Positions 63,341 to 64,000 of a stretch of 64,000 nucleotides of DNA are shown here, one piece after another (the first letter of the stretch is position 1; every line of letters begins with the position of its first letter). The notes beneath the pieces were generated by a model. It had not been told where the DNA came from. It made no database searches and worked only from the letters and a program-made list of their open reading frames with translations. Origin of the DNA: Felis catus (Eukaryota); contig NC_058368.1 in the NCBI RefSeq assembly GCF_018350175.1, positions 96,536,001-96,600,000 on the forward strand. Reading direction: 5' to 3'. Both the position numbers and the translations under genes were made by a program.

Positions 63341-63391
63341 ACATAAGTTTTCACATAACCATTTCTTATCCCAGTGACTGTCAACCATGTA
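63341..63391 (-). CDS. Open exon: YMVDSHWDKKWLCENLC (unknown product)
   Basis: Minus-strand acceptor ctctttccccaatatactcaccaag|T, donor TGT|gtaagt; 51 nt, phase 0-0. Confidence 0.5.
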
Positions 63392-63545
63392 CTTGGTGAG
63401 TATATTGGGGAAAGAGGTTGGACCCCAGTCAGTATTTTTAAAATACTTTCAGGTAATTCTAATATACAGCCATATTGGAATACTACTCTCTGATATAAAG
63501 CAAAGAATGTCAACACTTGCATCACAAGTAAAAAGACAAGACCCA

Positions 63546-64000
63546 GGCGCCTGGATAGCTCAGTCACTTAAGCGTCTGACTTTGGCTCAGGTCATGATCT
63601 CGTTGTTTGGGAAGCTCCCTGCTGTCAGATTCTGTGCTGACAGCTCGGAACCTGGAGCCTCCTTCAGAATCTTTGACTCCCTCTCTCTCTGCCCCTCCCC
63701 AAATCATGCTCTGTCTCTATCTCTCAAAAAATAAACAAATGTTAAAAAAAAAAAAAGGCAAGACCTACTGAAACCATAATATTCCTAGAAGAAAACATAG
63801 TAATCTCTTTGACATTAGCCTCACAATATTTTTCTAGATATGTCTTTTCAGGTAAAGGAAATGAAAGCAAAAATAAGCTACTGGGCGGTGGGGTGGGGGG
63901 GGGGGGCGCCTGGGTGCTCAATCAGTTAAGCATCTGACTTCGGCACAGGTCATGAACTCACGGTTTGTGGGTTTGAGCCCTGCGTTGGACTCTGTGCTGA
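63546..64000 (+). mobile_element. SINEC (63546-63756), L1 ORF2 fragment (63760-63885) and SINEC truncated by the window end (63900-64000)
   Basis: Two SINE heads; aaaccataatattcctagaagaaaacatag L1 motif. Confidence 0.88.

Larger units (their letters stand above)
55774..63391 (-). pseudogene. Second spliced gene/pseudogene, convergent with the first; 5' part probably beyond the window end
   Basis: Five to six segments with canonical AG/GT ends whose phases chain 0-0, 0-1, 1-0, 0-1, 1-1; first three open, later ones with stops. Confidence 0.55.

Noticed and set aside
3103..64000. tRNA-like A/B box sequences and recurrent short ORFs (MAQSVKHPTSAQVMIS.., ERERER..)
   Set aside because: Heads and CT/AG tracts of tRNA-derived SINEC elements, not tRNA genes or proteins.
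1..64000. CRISPR arrays, operons, rRNA genes, CpG-island promoter
   Set aside because: Mammalian repeat-rich DNA; none seen, and CpG-dense patches are confined to young SINEs.

Overview
Mammalian (felid) genomic DNA. It is AT-rich, with about 45 carnivore tRNA-derived SINEs including cat-type SINEC_Fc copies, L1 fragments of several ages, ERVL/MaLR LTRs, a two-LTR ERVL (LTR16-type) proviral remnant, and MIR and hAT relics. The ORF track is almost entirely repeat-derived. Reading the non-repetitive islands by hand reveals two multi-exon gene structures that the ORF track misses. (1) A + strand gene of about 18 exons from before position 1 to ~46742 (~3.7 kb of former coding sequence). It has mostly canonical splice sites and largely matching intron phases, but many nonsense and frameshift lesions, so it looks like a decayed unprocessed (probably unitary) pseudogene of a large protein I cannot name. 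(2) A convergent - strand gene from ~63391 down to ~55774. Its first three visible exons splice into an open 66-aa frame and its downstream exons carry stops. Exon boundaries and repeat family names were derived by eye or from memory of consensus sequences; no database search was run.
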